Of a DNA stretch of 64,000 bases, positions 59,586 to 64,000 are shown piece by piece. Under the pieces are notes generated by a model. It had not been told where the DNA came from. It ran no database searches and was given only the letters and a program-made list of their open reading frames with translations. The translations under genes were made by a program, and so were the position numbers. Each line of letters begins with the position of its first letter. Within the stretch, counting starts at the first letter, position 1. Source of the stretch: Pelomyxa schiedti (lineage: Eukaryota; Protista; Evosea); NCBI GenBank assembly GCA_020536535.1, contig JAHLWZ010000579.1:1-64000 (forward strand), read 5' to 3'.

Positions 59586-62500
59586 CTAGCTCTTGAAGGC
59601 CTTCAGTTTGTCCTTGGGCTTGTCGGCAAATCGGCAGTCGAGATATCTGGCATCCCAAACACAGACACTCTCAACAGCCATTGACCACACGTCCCATGCT
59701 GTAGGTCTCGTTACACCCAGTGCCTTCTCTTTGGTGTCGAATTTTGTTGGAATTGGTATAAGTGCCAGAATTGGCTCGCGGTGGTAGCCTCTGATCGCTC
59801 CTATTTTCCTACAGTTTCAAATAAACAAAAATAAAAGTTGCCATCTTTGGTGTTTGTGTTTACTTACTTGCTAGTGCGAGCTTCAAGTATCGTGGTCACG
59901 TTACTTTTCGTGGAGGCCCATACTTGCTGATGTACTATTAGAAGGAAAAGCGTTACATGAGAAAATTTGAACCTTCCTAAGAGCAGCCAAGCAATGGATG
60001 GAGCCTTGTCCGAGGTCCTGCCGGTATTTGTAAGGTAATGAAGTTGTATAAGAGAAGTGTTACAAGTTTTTCTTTCCGCCTTTGTGAGGAGACATCCCAT
60101 ACAGAAATAATTCCTGCAGGAAACATTATAATATATAAAAAAAGGGGGAAAAAACCTTCATCACAACAACTCCACACAGTTGCCCCTTCCACACAGCAAA
60201 TACTGTTAATTTTCCTAGAGTGGGCAGCAAAATGGCATTCTTGAGCATAGATGGAGCAATCCAGAATGTGTATCTTTATAAGGCTTTAGATTGAAGAGAA
60301 ATTACTTCGTTAAAAACACACATCCTGTGTGGGAGACGTTGCTTGGTGTGTGGAACACCATATAGACAGTCCAACTTTTGTTAGGTTCCTAACTTCACCA
60401 TCACCAACGTTGATCGTTTTAATCTGCCTTACGGTAAATGCTGGAAGATTTGGAAACCTCAAACCATGGAAAACGAAGTTGAGTCATACACGGTTACACA
60501 TCCCTGCCCACCAACCCATACTTCGGACCCAGTTGACACGACGCCATAACATGCTTGGTCATCCTAGGATTCGTTAGCTCAATTATACTTTCCTGAGGGT
60601 TACAACCTGGAAGACAACTAGTAGCGTATCAGTAGCAATCACTCTGAGTCCCAGTGGTGTTGCGATCCAGACATTTGGCCCACTTGCACACAAACTGACC
60701 ACGTTCTTCACTCCAACAACTTGTGTCCGTGACCCAAATGTGCATTGGTTTGAATCCACTGATATAATATATCCCTCAGTGTCCACTATCCATATCTGAT
60801 TCCTTGCCGGAATATGTGCAAGATTGTGTAGAGTGGTCTTTGGAAAGGCAGATATCTTGCGTTTAAATCTTACAAAATCGACATCGTTATCCAATGAAGG
60901 CGAATCGGGCGATTCTGCAGTATGTCGTTAATAAAGAAAAAAATTGCTCTCGAGGGAAGAAGCCTTACCAAAGAGGACTGGATAATTGGCTATCATTGCT
61001 GCAGTAACAATGGTTGCCTTGGGCGTAAAGGGTATTTGGGCCACAGGATTTGATCCAGCTGTAACTACTTAGAGAAAGTCCACAAGAAAGATGAATACGT
61101 GGAAGTCTGAAAATATTTGGTGCCATGACAATCGCAACGTTCTCTGGGGTCATTTGATTCAGATGGCTATTGAGAGAAACAATGTAGAGGCACTGCAGCA
61201 CACAGCGTAGAAGTGGGAGGTGGTGAGTAAAGGGAGGAAGTTCGCGAAGGTTCATCATGAGTGCAGATGCTTGTAGGTGTTTTGGTAGAGAACTTATGGA
61301 TAGGAACATGTCTCCTCTAAATTGGAGCAGCATTAGAAATTTGGTAATTGTATTGAGTATTTCGTCTTACAAGGAGTATGGAATCAGTGGTTCAGGTAAT
61401 TCTAGCTCCGATTAGTATTGCAGGGAAGGGAGGGAAGTGGCTCACCTCTCAAAAATTGCTTTAAAATAGTGGATACATTGTGGATATACATTCCAATGAA
61501 ACTGAAGTCTGTGATCTAATGCAGAAAATGAGTCTAATGGGGGAGGAGAACAGAAGGACCTTGGAATTATCTATCTTTAACTTTATTTCCTCAACACCTT
61601 CCTTATCACCAGCAAGGCGGAGTATCTTGTGGCTACATTAGAGCACAAGGAATGAAATGGAAACGTACTCCTTCTTCAGCCAAACCGTAAGAAAGCACAT
61701 GATGAACAAGACGGGACACGAGAATCGGGAGGTTGCAACCAGGGTGATGGATTCTGTCCCGGGTAATGAGGGTGTCAAGAGGTACACCGAAGTTGGATTT
61801 GGGGGCTGTAGTCTTCTTGGATTTCTTTTTAGTGTTGGCAGGCTTATTCTTTTTTAGCTTTGCTGACTTCTCAGTTGGAATTGAGGACTAGGACCATTAG
61901 ACCCCTGAATCAAAAGGACGAAATACCACTTTAATGTAAGCAAAGGATGTAGCACTAGCAAATGCAAAAAGCCAATCTTGTTTCTCTTCAGCACGGCTGG
62001 CCACAAAAGTAACTGGTCCCTTTCGGAATTAGCATTATTAATCATCCCTATTGGCAGGACAAACCATAACTGCTGAGATGTAATCAGAAGGTGGTTCCTG
62101 CTGCGTGATTTTGGATTTCTCTAAACTCCACACCCGGTGGTGTGGATTGAGCACCACGGTTTCGATCCAGCCAGTTGGTAAAGTCTAGTTCAGGGTAAGT
62201 GCGTTAAATAATGAGAGTTATGGTTCACTTTGATAATATCAATAGTGAACGTCAATGCTTTAGTGGTTGCTTCTGTGTCGCACACTATGAGTGAGGGGGT
62301 GGGATAAAGCGAGTGTAGCTGGAAGCAGTGGGAATGTTCTGATGACTGTTTTGTGCAAATGGCAAGGCAGTCACTGAAAAGAAGAAGTACAACTGGAATT
62401 GTAACGCTCAAACCAACCTGCCAACATAGTTATTTTCACATTAGCTGTGACAGGGAAAAAACATCATGGTTTTGCATTAGAAGCATCTCTCCTTGTTTAA

Positions 62501-64000
62501 ACATTCGACGGGCAGGATTATTGGGAATTGATTCGTGTCTGTTGCGGGTGGATATAGATTGAACAAACAGCATGGCAGAATAAAATTCCTCTGCGCGTTG
62601 GGCATCCACAACAAGTCCAGCAAGGCTGTCGAGCGCTTGCTTTCCCTAAAACCGTTGTAAAGAGGAAGGAACGGTTACTTTCATTTTACCTGTCGGCAGC
62701 TATCAGGGAAGACTTGCCCAGGAGAAGGTAGAAGGTACCTCTAACTTGAACTTAGTTTTTAAGGGGAAAGAATGGCATACTTTTTTGTATAGTTTTCCGT
62801 AGTCGATGGAAGCACATCGCCCAATATCGGAGGCAACAAGTAATTCAAATTGGGCTGTTAAAACATCGATGAGCTGCGGAAGTCTCCGGACACTTATTCC
62901 AAGCATGTCCCATATCTGATCCTGATAAGAGATTTTACGTAGTAACCAAACTATTACCGTAAGTTTATTGGCTTGAGGGTCTTCAGTTTTAGAATCAACA
63001 AGAGCAGCTATTTTTAGGTTGTTCTGCATAAGAGTGGAAAGCTTCATGATAAAGATCATCTGTCCTCCTATGTACTTCTTGTATGCAACAAAAAGATTTG
63101 GAAATAGTGCATAGTTCTAGGGAAGAGGTCACAGGCTGAAGAAAGTAATAAAAACAAACAGCTGCAAGTGGTTGAGCTAACAATCTTCTATCACGCAAGT
63201 GAACCACAAATTGTGACTGTGCGTCAATTAGCTGTTTCAAATCAGCGAGAGCATCAGGGAACAGACTACTAGGGGGTGACGCAGGTGTAGTATTTGGCGT
63301 AGTGGGAGACGATTCAAGTGAAATCAGGGAAAGTAAAGGCTGTAGATACACGTCTCTAAGTTGATCTATTTTTAAATGAACATTATATCTACTTCAGGCT
63401 GGCTTTACTAAGAATTTTGAGAAAGGTTTCCTCTCCTTCAATTATAGATTCCTCAAGATTTTCCAGAGTACTTCGATACGCCTGAGAGTGGTGTGAAGCT
63501 CCACAGAAAATAGTATTGAAGAGTACATATTGGTGTCGCCTTGGTGATGTCATAGAGATTTCTTTGGCTCGTGTACTGACTGCTGCAGTATCGCAGAATT
63601 CTGACTTATCAGCGCGAGAATCTCTTCGATGCCTGCATTACAATCACTTACTTTCAGGCGCATGAGAGAAACATGCCTATGAGGCAATTCGGGAGGTATT
63701 TCAGTTTTGTCACCATGGGAGTCTCGGCGGTGTTTTGTTGGAAGGTTTCCTGTTGGACGCCTTGTGTGATGAGGCAATTTAGTTTCACCGATATTTGACT
63801 GAGCTTCAGAGGGTAAGGACTGTGCCGTGTCCTCAGTGGAATTATGAGGCACGTGATCAGGTGAAACACGAGGTGATGGCTCTTCTATTAGGTGAGGTGA
63901 GGGGCTTGTGGATGACGATCGTTGGAGACAAGATGCAGAAATGGCTACATTGCAGCGGGAGAGGAGAGAAGAATCTGAATAGGAAGCAATTATGTGTGCA
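59586..64000 (-). CDS. 5'-truncated multidomain Rho regulator: DH-like region - PH - RhoGAP - C-terminal beta-propeller-like region
   Basis: RhoGAP FGVPLDTL...LPILVSRLVHHVLSYGLAEEG|ILRLAG (Arg finger), LKQFLRE and NQMTPENVAIVMAPNIFR; PH-like RRMFKQGEM...LLLFSDCLAIC; propeller-like NQIWIVDTEG and SGPNVWIATPLG. The DH assignment is tentative. Confidence 0.8.

Noticed and set aside
1-64000. CRISPR arrays, rRNA genes, autonomous transposons or retroelements
   Set aside because: No repeat-spacer arrays, rRNA motifs, or transposase/RT/integrase motifs were seen.

Overview
This is compact, intron-rich eukaryotic DNA with about 20 protein-coding genes, mostly short GT-AG introns (typically 30-60 nt) and one 100-N assembly gap. 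Gene content and style suggest an anaerobic protist, probably an archamoeba such as Pelomyxa (inference, not verified). Genes in order: a partial S/T/P-rich gene; a SUMO protease (C48); an [FeFe]-hydrogenase fused to a cytochrome-P450-reductase/CysJ-like diflavin module; a ~17 kb RNF213/mysterin-like AAA+ gene; an ankyrin-like repeat protein; a membrane protein; a coiled-coil/villin-headpiece protein; an MMPL transporter; an adenylate kinase-RING-VWA-Hint (Vint) fusion; a Parkin homologue; a YkuE-like metallophosphoesterase; a divergent kinase; a TOPLESS-like LisH-CTLH-WD40 protein; an IQ/charged-helix protein; an F-box protein; RPS29 (absent from the ORF track); two hypotheticals; and a 5'-truncated DH-like/PH/RhoGAP gene. 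The best leads are: (1) a Parkin with its Ubl moved between IBR and RING2 and both phospho-binding pockets retained; (2) a tandem pair of ~95-nt tRNA-iMet-like Pol III-type RNA genes beside a 260-bp inverted-repeat element; (3) the ADK-RING-VWA-Hint fusion; (4) the hydrogenase fusion with an altered NADPH 2'-phosphate pocket. All gene models and alignments were made by eye and from remembered reference sequences; no database search was run.
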